Of a stretch of DNA of 64,000 bases, positions 1 to 8,779 are shown in pieces. Below the pieces are notes generated by a model, which made no database searches, had not been told where the DNA came from, and saw only the letters and a list, made by a program, of their open reading frames with translations. The first letter of the stretch is position 1. Each line of letters begins with the position of its first letter. This DNA comes from Candidatus Omnitrophota bacterium (GTDB lineage: Bacteria; Omnitrophota; Gorgyraeia; Pluralincolimonadales; Pluralincolimonadaceae), in NCBI GenBank assembly GCA_028716565.1, contig JAQUPL010000004.1:68236-132235 (forward strand), written 5' to 3'. Both the position numbers and the translations under genes were made by a program.

Positions 1-1045
1 TGGAATGATGGTAAAGGCGGATCGTATTGACCCCCATCTCCTTCATCAGCTGGAAATCGCCGACAGAAGGCTCGTCCGGGTCCTGTTTGTTGTTCTTGTT
101 CTTGTCGACGTAGGCGTCATACGGGCCGTCGATCTTTCCGTTCTTGTTATAATCCGCGGTCATCCAGTCGGTCTGGACGTTCAAGGTCCCGTTATCCGGG
201 GAGAGCCCGACCTTGTTCGGGGAATAGGCGATCGCCTTCATAGGGAAAGGCTTGCCGTCGACCAGGAGCTGCCAGTGGCCATTCTCGTATTTGACGAGTT
301 TGACGTGTGCGCCGCCCGCGGTCTTGATGATCTTGAGTTTTGTGAGATCTGTCTTGGGGGGTATAACTTCTCCGGGTTTTACTTTCACAAGCTTTCCGGG
401 ATTTATGATAAATTTATCGTTGGATACGTCGTTGTCGAAGGAATTTTCCACCGTTATCTTCGCGTCTACCAGTTTAATGCCCAGCTCCGGGTGCGTCCTG
501 ATAAGGTATTCGAGGTCATTTAACGCCATTTTCGAGGTATAGAGCGGGGTATGCCAATACGTCCAGCCTATCGACCTCGGGAAATTCACCAGGATGGCGT
601 AATGCGCCTTTATCGCCTGGAGCGTATGGCCGGACCTGGCAAGGGCGGCAGCCGTGTAATACTGCTTTACGCCCGATTCTTCGCTCGCGGTCGCCCATTT
701 GTAAAAGGCCAGCATCTGGTCCTCGTTGTTTACGAATTCCCAATGCTTTCCTATGAGCTTCCCGCTCGCCTGAGCTTCCCTGTATGCGGGGTCTTTTGTT
801 ATGCTAGTGCTTGGATATATCCCTTCCCCTACCGCTGCGGCAAGCCCTTTCCTGTCTTTGATCTCGTACTTGTAACTGTCGGTACCAAGGCCTTTGAACT
901 CGCCGTATTTGGCGTAATCGACGACTTCTTCTGTCCCGGGGTCAAAAAGCGGCGCAACCTGTTCGCCGGCAGAAAAAGCCGGTCCCATATAGGCCGTAGA
1001 CAACGCCGCAAAGATACCGGAAAGAAGAATCACTTTAAAACGCAT
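1..1045 (-). CDS. Secreted TIM-barrel glycoside-hydrolase-like protein, 5' part only. The gene continues beyond the window start.
   Basis: The minus-strand ORF is open from the ATG at 1043-1045 to the window edge, so it is absent from the complete-ORF track. It starts MRFKVILLSGIFAALSTAYMGPAFSA, a signal peptide. The strong SD GGAGGAGGG lies 6 nt upstream. The edge of the window reads ...DFQLMKEMGVNTIRLYHHS, which resembles the N-terminal strand-loop of GH5/GH2-like TIM barrels. A D/N/K-rich DYNKNGKIDGPYDAYVDKNKNNKQDPDE segment looks calcium-binding. Confidence 0.5.
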   Translation of the reverse strand, partial: MRFKVILLSGIFAALSTAYMGPAFSAGEQVAPLFDPGTEEVVDYAKYGEFKGLGTDSYKYEIKDRKGLAAAVGEGIYPSTSITKDPAYREAQASGKLIGKHWEFVNNEDQMLAFYKWATASEESGVKQYYTAAALARSGHTLQAIKAHYAILVNFPRSIGWTYWHTPLYTSKMALNDLEYLIRTHPELGIKLVDAKITVENSFDNDVSNDKFIINPGKLVKVKPGEVIPPKTDLTKLKIIKTAGGAHVKLVKYENGHWQLLVDGKPFPMKAIAYSPNKVGLSPDNGTLNVQTDWMTADYNKNGKIDGPYDAYVDKNKNNKQDPDEPSVGDFQLMKEMGVNTIRLYHHS

Positions 1046-1195
1046 TCAAACCCTCCTCCTACGTACATTTGAAATTTGCTACAAGGGACTTTTTAAAACA
1101 GGTATGTAAGGTACTGTTAATAAGTAGGTTGTTTAAATATTGCCATATAAATAGGGTTTTGTCAAGATTATTTTTCACGTTTCGAACCGTACTTA

Positions 1196-1226
1196 GTAAA
1201 ACGGGCCCCGTGTTTCCGGGGCCCGC
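1196..1226 (-). terminator. Putative intrinsic terminator downstream of the 1254..1592 gene
   Basis: A perfect 8-bp GC stem, GGGCCCCG-tgtttc-CGGGGCCC, sits at 1203-1224. On the minus strand it is followed by TTTTAC. Confidence 0.4.
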
Positions 1227-1253
1227 AAGATTCTTTCTTCTGACTACAAGATT

Positions 1254-1592
1254 TTACTTTTCGCCGGAATAAACAAATTCAGGCTTTACGATCGGTTCAT
1301 AACCCTCGGGGATCGGGAACGGGAACGTCAACGCTTCGTAGATACCCGCGCCGGTGCGGACCAGGCCTAAGCCTAATCCTTTTATCGTCCCGACTGTCAG
1401 CCCGGTGAATACGTTATTGGCCTTGCTTTCATCAACTATCCCCTTCGGGATCTCGAGCCAGCCAGTGAGAGTATTCACTATTCCGCGCCCCAGCTTATTT
1501 AAGGCGCCCTGGGCGTATGAAGGCGAGCTTACGGATAAAAGACCGATTACTACCAATACCAAAATTGTGGTCGTTAACAGTCTGCTCTTCAT
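1254..1592 (-). CDS. Small secreted protein that resembles the exosortase-system-associated TIGR04073-type family (about 110 aa)
   Basis: It is 112 aa with a signal peptide and a G-rich GLGLGLVRTGAGIYEALTFPFPIPEGY core. I recognise this pattern from small proteins linked to PEP-CTERM/exosortase loci. The family call is from memory and not verified. Confidence 0.5.
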   Translation of the reverse strand: MKSRLLTTTILVLVVIGLLSVSSPSYAQGALNKLGRGIVNTLTGWLEIPKGIVDESKANNVFTGLTVGTIKGLGLGLVRTGAGIYEALTFPFPIPEGYEPIVKPEFVYSGEK

Positions 1593-1616
1593 AATTTCCC
1601 CCTTTCTTTTGTTATA

Positions 1617-1645
1617 AGTATACTCAACCCAAAAACCTTTGTCAA
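1617..1645 (-). promoter_or_regulatory. Sigma70-type promoter for the 1254..1592 gene
   Basis: On the minus strand, TTGACA (1645..1640) is followed by a 17-nt spacer and TATACT (1622..1617). The RBS AAAGGGGGAA then precedes the ATG at 1592. Confidence 0.5.
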
Positions 1646-1664
1646 GGAAATTTCCTCCTTGATC

Positions 1665-1892
1665 CTAAACCGCTTCCACCTTCTCTATTTCTGGCACGTC
1701 TTCTTTTATCGCGCGCTGGACGCCCATCTGCAGCGTCATCTGCGACATCGGGCAGCAACCGCAGGCGCCGGTAAGTTTCACCTTGACCGTTTTCCCGACG
1801 ACATCTACAAGCTCGATATCGCCCCCGTCGGCCTGCAGCATCGGGCGTATCTTGTTTAAAGCTTCATGGACCTTTGATTTCAGATCAGCCAT
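1665..1892 (-). CDS. NifU-like (Nfu-type) Fe-S cluster assembly domain protein
   Basis: It is 75 aa and ends in the GACGCCPMSQMTLQMGVQ C-terminal Nfu motif. Confidence 0.85.
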   Translation of the reverse strand: MADLKSKVHEALNKIRPMLQADGGDIELVDVVGKTVKVKLTGACGCCPMSQMTLQMGVQRAIKEDVPEIEKVEAV

Positions 1893-1908
1893 TCCAACTC
1901 CTCCTTTT

Positions 1909-2223
1909 TTATATTTTAGGGAACAATTCCTCGATCTGCTTATAATAACCGCCTATAGATTGGAAAGCGCCCCAGAATATGATAGTCAGCGCCGCGCTGG
2001 CCGCCAAAGCTATAAGCGTTATGTTCATCTTTTTCACCCTGCTGTAAGTCGGGTTGAACCATACTATCGGGAGCGCGAACGGCCCGATGCACAGGAACGC
2101 GATGACGAAAGCGTAGGTCTTGAAATACCATTTCTGCTTCTGCTTATCAAGGAACTCGCCGCAATGCTTGCACTTTATCGCCTCGTCCTGTATCTCTTCC
2201 GCGCAATACGGGCATTTCTTCAT
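1909..2223 (-). CDS. Zinc-ribbon plus two-TM hypothetical membrane protein
   Basis: CPYCAEEI...CKHCGEF forms a zinc ribbon, and two hydrophobic helices follow. It is co-oriented and tightly spaced with queH upstream and the nifU-like gene downstream. Confidence 0.6.
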   Translation of the reverse strand: MKKCPYCAEEIQDEAIKCKHCGEFLDKQKQKWYFKTYAFVIAFLCIGPFALPIVWFNPTYSRVKKMNITLIALAASAALTIIFWGAFQSIGGYYKQIEELFPKI

Positions 2224-2224
2224 T

Positions 2225-2779
2225 TCAGCCTTTCCCCTTCTTGCTGTATTGGCAACCGCAATAGTCCTGCCTGTATAGGCCCGCCTCTTTTGACATCTGC
2301 GCGGACCTCTTGAAACCTTCGTTCTTCTTGAAATCAGCGCCGTAAAATTGCAACATATACATATCCGCGATCATCGCGCCGAGCTCGTTTATCTTTTCCG
2401 CGTTTTTGTGCGGGCTGATACTGAGCGTCGTGGTAAAAAAAGCGAAGCCGTTGGTCGCGGCGAACTGCGCGGTCTTGCCGAGCCGCATCCGGTAGCATAT
2501 CTCGCAGCGGTCCCCGCCCTCGGGCTCGTCCTGGAGGCCGGCCGTCGCCCTGAACCACGTGTCTACCTCATAAGCGGCCTTGTGCAGGATGACGCCTATC
2601 TTCAAGGCGTATTTCTCCGCCTCGTCAAGCCGCGCCTTATACTCTTCTTCAGGATGGATATTCGGGTTGTAGAAGAATAACTCTACGTCGAATTCATCCT
2701 GCAGGGCTGTTATCGGGTAGGTGCAGCAAGGCGCGCAGCAGACATGCAAAAGTAATCTGGGCTTCTCTGGCACAGGCAT
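2225..2779 (-). CDS. queH: Epoxyqueuosine reductase QueH (DUF208)
   Basis: The N-terminal HVCCAPC motif and the C-terminal CGC motif are diagnostic of QueH. Its 184 aa length also fits. Confidence 0.85.
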   Translation of the reverse strand: MPVPEKPRLLLHVCCAPCCTYPITALQDEFDVELFFYNPNIHPEEEYKARLDEAEKYALKIGVILHKAAYEVDTWFRATAGLQDEPEGGDRCEICYRMRLGKTAQFAATNGFAFFTTTLSISPHKNAEKINELGAMIADMYMLQFYGADFKKNEGFKRSAQMSKEAGLYRQDYCGCQYSKKGKG

Positions 2780-2923
2780 ATTCTATAACTTCGCGGGCGG
2801 AAACTCAACCGTTTTATTTGCCGAGGTCTAACGTTCCAGATGACCGGCAAGCATGATTGATCGATACAAAAGATAATCCGGGAAGTGAGTCCGGCCCATC
2901 TGGTTGTTAGATTGCCTTTTGGA

Positions 2924-3544
2924 CTATTCCCCGGGTGTAATCTTAAATTCCTCGAATACGGCTTGGAAGCCTTGCCCCTCCGGCGCCGCTGCCATAATAC
3001 CGACCTTGCATTTCACTTTCGGCGGAAAATATCCTTCGCGCACAACCTGATATGACTTGTTGTCCAAGGAATAACTGATTTCCACATAGTCGTTCTTGCG
3101 TATCAATTTTAACCACACATAGCTGGGTCTTGCGCGTAGAGCGACCACAGACCAATCTGAATAATCCCTCGTCATTACTGTGCTGATGTTCTCCGTATTA
3201 TTGACAAATTCAATTCCCGTTTTGATCCAATTCTTTTCATTGATCCTTATCATCAAGCCTGCCTGGTCATAGAGAGACTTATAGTTTCCCTGGACTTTCA
3301 CCTGGGCAATAAAATCACCTTCCTGCTCCCGAAAGTAGAAATGTCCGTTGTCTGTAATGTAGCCGTAATGCGTGATACGCCAGAAATCTGTTTTACTCTC
3401 CACTGCGATCGTGATTTTTCCGTTGTCGTTCAACCATTTTTTAGGCTGGTTGAGCCAACCCATCTGATCACCATGCGCTTGAGCGCAGATGAACATGGGA
3501 AAAATAATAATTGCGAATAAAGACAGCGAAACAATTTTTTTCAC
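2924..3544 (-). CDS. Secreted DUF1349-family (concanavalin-A-like lectin/glucanase fold) protein
   Basis: It has a signal peptide and WLNQP...W, the characteristic DUF1349 N-terminal motif. It is 206 aa. Confidence 0.7.
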   Translation of the reverse strand: MKKIVSLSLFAIIIFPMFICAQAHGDQMGWLNQPKKWLNDNGKITIAVESKTDFWRITHYGYITDNGHFYFREQEGDFIAQVKVQGNYKSLYDQAGLMIRINEKNWIKTGIEFVNNTENISTVMTRDYSDWSVVALRARPSYVWLKLIRKNDYVEISYSLDNKSYQVVREGYFPPKVKCKVGIMAAAPEGQGFQAVFEEFKITPGE

Positions 3545-3718
3545 TTAGGATTTTCCTTTCTTGACTTTTGCTGATCCTCTTCTTTGTAATGAAGGTGGCG
3601 CAATCTAACGTTTGAACTCAGCGGCTGTGCCCTTAGCGTATAAAATGATTATAACGCCCAAAATGCTTATTTCAAGCATTATAACTAGGGGTCAAATGAG
3701 GGGCCTGCCGGATAAAAT

Positions 3719-5065
3719 TTACTTTACTATGCCCTGGGAGATGACGCCGATGGATTTTTGGTATGACGCGGAGGCGGTCAGGTAGTCGGCGATCGCGGAG
3801 GCATGGCCCTGCCTGGCCGAGACGACCGAGTTCTCGGCGTCTGTCACTTCTATTATCGAGCCGAGGCCTTCATCGTACCTGGCGCTGGCTATATCGAGAT
3901 ACTCTTTCGATTGTTGGAGGAGCTTCTGCGTCGCGGCGATCCGCTCCTTCGCCTCGCCGAGGGAAAGCACCGCGCTCTGGACCTCGAGCGCTATGTTCAA
4001 AGTCTCATCCTGGATCCCTATCTGGGCTAACATAAGGTTCGCTTGCGCGGCCTCCACTTCAGACTTTGTCTTGAAGCCGTCGAACCACGGCCAGCTGATC
4101 TGGGGCCCTGCGTTCCAACTCTGGACGTTGCCGACTCCTGGCGTCGATGTGTCGCTTACCTGGTGGCTGCCGCCTACGGATATGACCGGCCAATTGCCTT
4201 TCTTCTTGGCCGCGAGGTCGGCCTGGGCCGCCCTCGCCCTCGCCTGCAGCTTCGAGAGCTCTACGCGGTTTGACGCAGCTGACTTAAGCGCCTCCTCAAG
4301 GTTTATCTCGTCCGGCTTGAAATCACCGATCTCGACCACCCGGTATGCCGTCCCGCCGGTATTTCCCATTATATTATTGAGCGTCACCTTGGACATCTCG
4401 AAATTCTTCTTCGCGGTCACGAGGTCGAGGTTCGCGTTAGCGACGTTGACCTCGTCCTTCGTAACGTCATAGGCCTGCCGGTATCCCACCTCGAAAAATC
4501 CTTCTGTGCGTCCGAGATGGACTTTCATCATCTCAAAGTTATCCTTCGCCGCCTCAAGCAGGAGCTGCGCGCGCATGGCGTCGAAATATCCCTTCTCGGC
4601 GTTAAGTATCGTGTTCTCCTGCGTCTCGAGAAATTCATACTGCGAGGCCGAGAGCGTCTCGTTGGCAAACTTGATCCTGTTCAGCGTCTGCCCGAAATCC
4701 CAGATAAGCTGGCTTACAGCGGTGTTTTCCGACAAGACCTCGTATCTCTTATCGACGGCGGGAAAGGCATTAGTGACGTTGCCCGAAAGCGCGAAAGAAC
4801 CGAAGGCTACCTTCGAGGTATCATAATGTATGTAGCTACCTGTCGTGGAGATCTGCGGCAGGTAAGCGGATTTCGCCGAGCCGATCCCGGCCTTATTCAG
4901 GTCGACATTGGCAACAGCTTCTTTTAATTTCGGGTTGTTCGCGAGCGCGGCCTTGACGCAGTCATCCAGGGTCAAGGTCGGGATATCCTCGGCATAAACG
5001 CGGCCGGATATCAGGGCCGTAAATAATACTGTTAATACAGCGATCTTCCTTATATACGCCATCAC
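3719..5065 (-). CDS. TolC-like outer membrane efflux protein
   Basis: It is 448 aa with a signal peptide and the two-repeat alpha/beta OEP architecture. It is the last gene of the efflux operon. Confidence 0.85.
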   Translation of the reverse strand: MMAYIRKIAVLTVLFTALISGRVYAEDIPTLTLDDCVKAALANNPKLKEAVANVDLNKAGIGSAKSAYLPQISTTGSYIHYDTSKVAFGSFALSGNVTNAFPAVDKRYEVLSENTAVSQLIWDFGQTLNRIKFANETLSASQYEFLETQENTILNAEKGYFDAMRAQLLLEAAKDNFEMMKVHLGRTEGFFEVGYRQAYDVTKDEVNVANANLDLVTAKKNFEMSKVTLNNIMGNTGGTAYRVVEIGDFKPDEINLEEALKSAASNRVELSKLQARARAAQADLAAKKKGNWPVISVGGSHQVSDTSTPGVGNVQSWNAGPQISWPWFDGFKTKSEVEAAQANLMLAQIGIQDETLNIALEVQSAVLSLGEAKERIAATQKLLQQSKEYLDIASARYDEGLGSIIEVTDAENSVVSARQGHASAIADYLTASASYQKSIGVISQGIVK

Positions 5066-6174
5066 ATCGTCCTTTTAAATGTCAGCGTCGCTAAAAATAA
5101 CATAACCACGATAAATGCCGTGAGGAAGATAAGGTCGCCCCGGACCGCCGTGAAACCGGAGCCCTTAAGAATGAGTTCCTTAAAAGCGTGGACCGCGTAC
5201 GCCTCGGGATTGACTCTCGCGAAAGCCCTTAACCAATTCGGAAGGCTCTCTATAGGATAGACCGCTCCGCTCGGAAAATAAAATATTACGTTCAGGAAAC
5301 CGACCAGCACGCCGACTATCCTAGGATGGTCCGCCCGTCCCAGGACCGTGAATATCATGCTCAACAGCCCGAGGGCGGTGATCACCATCGTGACCAGCAG
5401 GAGCAGGACAGTGCTTATGCCTCCCGCAAGCTTTATCCCTGTTATCAGAAGGCCGCCTATCATGACTATTATCGACATTATCGTCGTGATAAGCACTCCG
5501 CTCATTATCGTGCCGGCGACGAGGTCGAACCGGGTAAGCGGCGTCGACAGGTAACTTTCGTGTATGCCGAGGAACTTATCCATGACGAGGCTGAATGCCC
5601 CGGTGAACGTCGTTCCCATGAATATCGCCATGACTATTATGCCCGGTACCAGCGAAGCGTCGTAGTCTATCTTCTTATAGAGCTCTATCGAGCGCAATTG
5701 CGGCCTCGACCTGTCCGGGCGGACCGCCAAATAATCGGACTTGAGGTAAACCATCGCCCTCGAGACCACGCCTGAAATGCTTCCCGCGGATATCGAATCG
5801 GTGTTATCCAGCAGAAGCCCGACCTGCGGTTCCACGTTCTTGACGACATTTTTGCTGAAATCCGGCGGTATTATTATGACCCCTTTATAGAAACCGTCCC
5901 TTACCATATCGACCGCCTTCTTTTGGTCGTTCTCTCTCGTGATCTCGAGAGTGTGGGGGCCGTCCTCGAGCGCCTGCAGCAATTCGACCACGCGCCTGGC
6001 ATAAGGGCCGTTATCCTGGTCGACCAGGAGGACCGGAAGGTGCTTGAGTTCGCCCTGGAATGAACTGCCCATTATGACAAGGTACATAAGAGGCATGAAT
6101 ATGCTCGCTACTATTACGAACGGGTTGCGTATGAACCTCTTGAGGTCCCTTTCGGTTACCGCAAGCGCCCTCAC
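5062..6174 (-). CDS. ABC-2 family transporter permease
   Basis: It is 370 aa with an N-terminal periplasmic-loop domain and multiple C-terminal TM helices. Its start overlaps the tolC-like stop by 4 nt. Confidence 0.85.
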   Translation of the reverse strand: MRALAVTERDLKRFIRNPFVIVASIFMPLMYLVIMGSSFQGELKHLPVLLVDQDNGPYARRVVELLQALEDGPHTLEITRENDQKKAVDMVRDGFYKGVIIIPPDFSKNVVKNVEPQVGLLLDNTDSISAGSISGVVSRAMVYLKSDYLAVRPDRSRPQLRSIELYKKIDYDASLVPGIIVMAIFMGTTFTGAFSLVMDKFLGIHESYLSTPLTRFDLVAGTIMSGVLITTIMSIIVMIGGLLITGIKLAGGISTVLLLLVTMVITALGLLSMIFTVLGRADHPRIVGVLVGFLNVIFYFPSGAVYPIESLPNWLRAFARVNPEAYAVHAFKELILKGSGFTAVRGDLIFLTAFIVVMLFLATLTFKRTM

Positions 6175-7181
6175 AATCTGCCTCCCGGCATCTGCCTCGG
6201 GGCACCCGCCCCTATAAAGAAGTTCACCTTTTGGACCTCGGCCTCCCTTATCGTCTTGCCCGTATAATGGATAAATACGTCTTCCAGGGACTGCTCGTGT
6301 ATGGCCAGGTAGAGGATCGTGGTGCCCATCTTCTTGAATTCATCGATCAGGACCGACATCGATTTTGCCGCGTCATCGACCGAGATCCTGAGCATCTCGT
6401 CTTTTTCGGCGATCTCTCTGATGAATTTCATCGCCTTCAATTTTTCCATGACTGCAGGCGTAAAGTTGCTGAGCGACACCTCGATTATATCGAAACCTCC
6501 TATGCTCCGTTTGAGGTTGGCCGGCGAGTCGAGGGCCACGATCTTGCCGTAATCGATTATCCCTATCCTGTCGCAGAGGATATCGGCCTCGTCCATGTAA
6601 TGGGTCGTGATGAATATCGTAAGCCCCGTCTCCTTGCGTATCTTCTGAAGCAGTTCCCATATCACGCGGCGCGACTGCGGGTCGAGCCCGATCGTCGGCT
6701 CATCGAGGAACAGGATATACGGCTTATGTATGAGCCCGCGCGCTATCTCTAGGCGCCGCCTCATGCCTCCGGAATATGTCGCGACGAGCTCTTTAGCCCT
6801 GTCCTTCAAATCAACCTTGCCGAGCAGGTAATCTATGCTCTGTTTGCGCTCTTTCTTCGGCACATCGAAATATTTCCCGTAGATATTCAGGTTCTCATAA
6901 GCCGTCAGGTCGAGGTCGCTGGTAAGCGCCTGCGAGACGACGCCGATATTGCGCCTCACGAGCGACGGGTGCTTGACGACATCGATGCCCCTTATATTCG
7001 CCTGGCCCGATGTCGGCTTCATCAGGCAGGTGAGTATCCTTATCAATGTCGTCTTGCCGGCGCCGTTTGGGCCGAGGAAACCGAATATCTCGCCCTCTTC
7101 GACGGAGAAGCTGACATCGTCGACCGCTGTGACCGACGGGAATTTTTTGACTATATTTTTTACTTCCGCCGCGTATGCCAT
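6171..7181 (-). CDS. ABC transporter ATP-binding protein
   Basis: It carries Walker A GPNGAGKTT, the signature YSGGMRRRLEIA and Walker B ILFLDEPT. Confidence 0.9.
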   Translation of the reverse strand: MAYAAEVKNIVKKFPSVTAVDDVSFSVEEGEIFGFLGPNGAGKTTLIRILTCLMKPTSGQANIRGIDVVKHPSLVRRNIGVVSQALTSDLDLTAYENLNIYGKYFDVPKKERKQSIDYLLGKVDLKDRAKELVATYSGGMRRRLEIARGLIHKPYILFLDEPTIGLDPQSRRVIWELLQKIRKETGLTIFITTHYMDEADILCDRIGIIDYGKIVALDSPANLKRSIGGFDIIEVSLSNFTPAVMEKLKAMKFIREIAEKDEMLRISVDDAAKSMSVLIDEFKKMGTTILYLAIHEQSLEDVFIHYTGKTIREAEVQKVNFFIGAGAPRQMPGGRL

Positions 7182-7188
7182 TCCGTCC

Positions 7189-8103
7189 TTATCCCCCGAA
7201 GGTAGCCGTAGCAGTCATGCCCTGCTTCAACAGTCCTTCCGGCTCGTCTATTTTGACCTTTACCCTGAAAGTCTTTATGTCCTGCCTGCCTCTTTTCACG
7301 TCACGCTGGGTCGCGAACTCGCCTTCGCTGTTTATTTCGGTGACACGCCCCTTGAACTCCCATCCGGGCAGGGAATCTACCTTGACCTTCGCGATATCGC
7401 CGAGTTTTATCTTTGAGACGGCGGTCTCTTCTACGTCTACGCGCACCCATACATCCGACAGGTCGATAATGGTCAAGATCGTCGCGCCGTTCGAAGCCAT
7501 CTCTCCCGGCTCAAATGCCCTCAAAACCACCATCCCGGATAAAGTGGAATATATCACCGTATCGTCCAGGTTCGTCTTGGCGACCTTTAAGGCGGCCTCG
7601 GATTGCTTTATGGTTGCCTCAGCGAGTATTTTCTGAGCAACCATCCCGTTTAAGTCTGCGACCGCCGTATCGTACGCGGTTTTCGCCTTGTCGACATCGT
7701 TCTGCGCCACGAGCTTCTTCTCGAGAAGTTTACCGTACCTGCCGAGGTCCCGCTCGGTATCCTCTATCTTTACCTTGGCCTTTTCTATGTTGGCATCCGC
7801 GTTGAGCACGTTCGCCTTCGCCACTTCAAGGTCGGCCTGGGCCTGCTCGAATTGGGCTTTTTCTTTCCGGTCATCGAGGACGACCACGACCTCCCCGTCC
7901 TTTACGCGATCGCCTTCATGGAACCGGACTTCCTTTACGCGCTCCGATATCCTGGGAGCCAGGTTGACCTCGGTCGCCTCGAGGATGCCGGTCGTCTGGA
8001 AGACTCCCTTCGGCGCCTTCCGCGGCATTATATAGAAGGCTACCGTCGCAAATAAAATAATGACTGCCAATAAAACGATGCCTCTCTTCAAATGTTTTTT
8101 CAT
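7189..8103 (-). CDS. HlyD-family periplasmic adaptor (membrane fusion protein)
   Basis: It has an N-terminal TM anchor, a coiled-coil region and a C-terminal beta-barrel. It is 304 aa and sits upstream of the ABC genes. Confidence 0.85.
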   Translation of the reverse strand: MKKHLKRGIVLLAVIILFATVAFYIMPRKAPKGVFQTTGILEATEVNLAPRISERVKEVRFHEGDRVKDGEVVVVLDDRKEKAQFEQAQADLEVAKANVLNADANIEKAKVKIEDTERDLGRYGKLLEKKLVAQNDVDKAKTAYDTAVADLNGMVAQKILAEATIKQSEAALKVAKTNLDDTVIYSTLSGMVVLRAFEPGEMASNGATILTIIDLSDVWVRVDVEETAVSKIKLGDIAKVKVDSLPGWEFKGRVTEINSEGEFATQRDVKRGRQDIKTFRVKVKIDEPEGLLKQGMTATATFGG

Positions 8104-8690
8104 TTTAATATGCCTCCGAAGAATATTTTTTTGACGTTATCCGCCGCGTCCCGGGGGGAAAATCCGGCGTGGCCGAAATGCATCACGATCGCAGGGAGCT
8201 GCATCATCCCCAACAGGCTGAATGCGGCAGGCTGCGATTCGGCCTCCTTGAATTCCCCGGCCTTGATGCCCTCTTTTATTATCTCCGCGATCATCCTGCA
8301 GTAGGGCGCCATAGCTATCTTTATCAGCTGCTCATTTATTAACGGCGTATCGCTTGTCCTGTCGAGTACGCCGTGGAACATGCTCTTCCTGCCTGTAAAA
8401 TGCTCGAAATGAAAATCTATAAGCCGGTCGAGTTTTTCCTTCGGGCTTCCTGCTCCGGCCAGCTCCTTATCGAGGGCCTGCCTGTAATTAGCGGCCCTTT
8501 CCTTTATCATGTTTACGTAAAGCTCCCGCTTGCTCCTGAAATAATGGTAAATTATACCCTCGGAGACGCCGGCGGTGCGGGATATCTCCCCTGTCGTCGC
8601 CCTGTCGAAACCGTACCTGGCGGTAACAAGCAAGGTCGCGTTTATGATCTTCTGCCTTGTGTCGGTATGTACAGCCGTTCCGTTTGCCAT
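8100..8690 (-). CDS. TetR/AcrR-family transcriptional repressor
   Basis: The HTH reads ATTGEISRTAGVSEGIIYHYFRSKRELY. The likely true start is the ATG at 8688-8690 (MANGTAVH...), which has the RBS AAGGAGA. The tracked ORF instead starts at a GTG at 8717 that lies inside the operator. Confidence 0.85.
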   Translation of the reverse strand: MANGTAVHTDTRQKIINATLLVTARYGFDRATTGEISRTAGVSEGIIYHYFRSKRELYVNMIKERAANYRQALDKELAGAGSPKEKLDRLIDFHFEHFTGRKSMFHGVLDRTSDTPLINEQLIKIAMAPYCRMIAEIIKEGIKAGEFKEAESQPAAFSLLGMMQLPAIVMHFGHAGFSPRDAADNVKKIFFGGILK

Positions 8691-8698
8691 GGTCTCCT

Positions 8699-8724
8699 TT
8701 ATTGAGTGAGCGCTCACTCAATAA
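8699..8724. promoter_or_regulatory. Perfect 26-bp palindrome, the probable TetR operator
   Basis: TTATTGAGTGAGC|GCTCACTCAATAA is an exact inverted repeat. It lies between the -10 box and the RBS of the tetR gene. Confidence 0.6.
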
Positions 8725-8728
8725 GATA

Positions 8729-8756
8729 ATTATAACTATATCCCGGATTTTGTCAA
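8729..8756 (-). promoter_or_regulatory. Sigma70-type promoter of the tetR-efflux operon
   Basis: On the minus strand, TTGACA (8756..8751) is followed by a 16-nt spacer and TATAAT (8734..8729), both consensus hexamers. The operator sits immediately downstream. Confidence 0.5.
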
Positions 8757-8779
8757 GGAAATTGTAGGTTTGGGCCCGC

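Noticed and set aside
5-1072. Plus-strand ORFs 5..523 and 551..1072 (172 and 173 aa)
   Set aside because: They are antisense shadows of the well-supported minus-strand glycoside-hydrolase-like gene. Their composition is low-complexity and R/V/L-rich, and no motifs are present.
1640-8756. The shared motif TTTGTCAAGGAAAT at 1638-1653 and 8746-8761, with a weaker copy near 1157, considered as a possible repeat element or common regulator site
   Set aside because: On the coding (minus) strand, each copy reads as a sigma70 -35 hexamer TTGACA correctly spaced from a -10 box. The similarity is explained by the promoter consensus, not by a mobile repeat.
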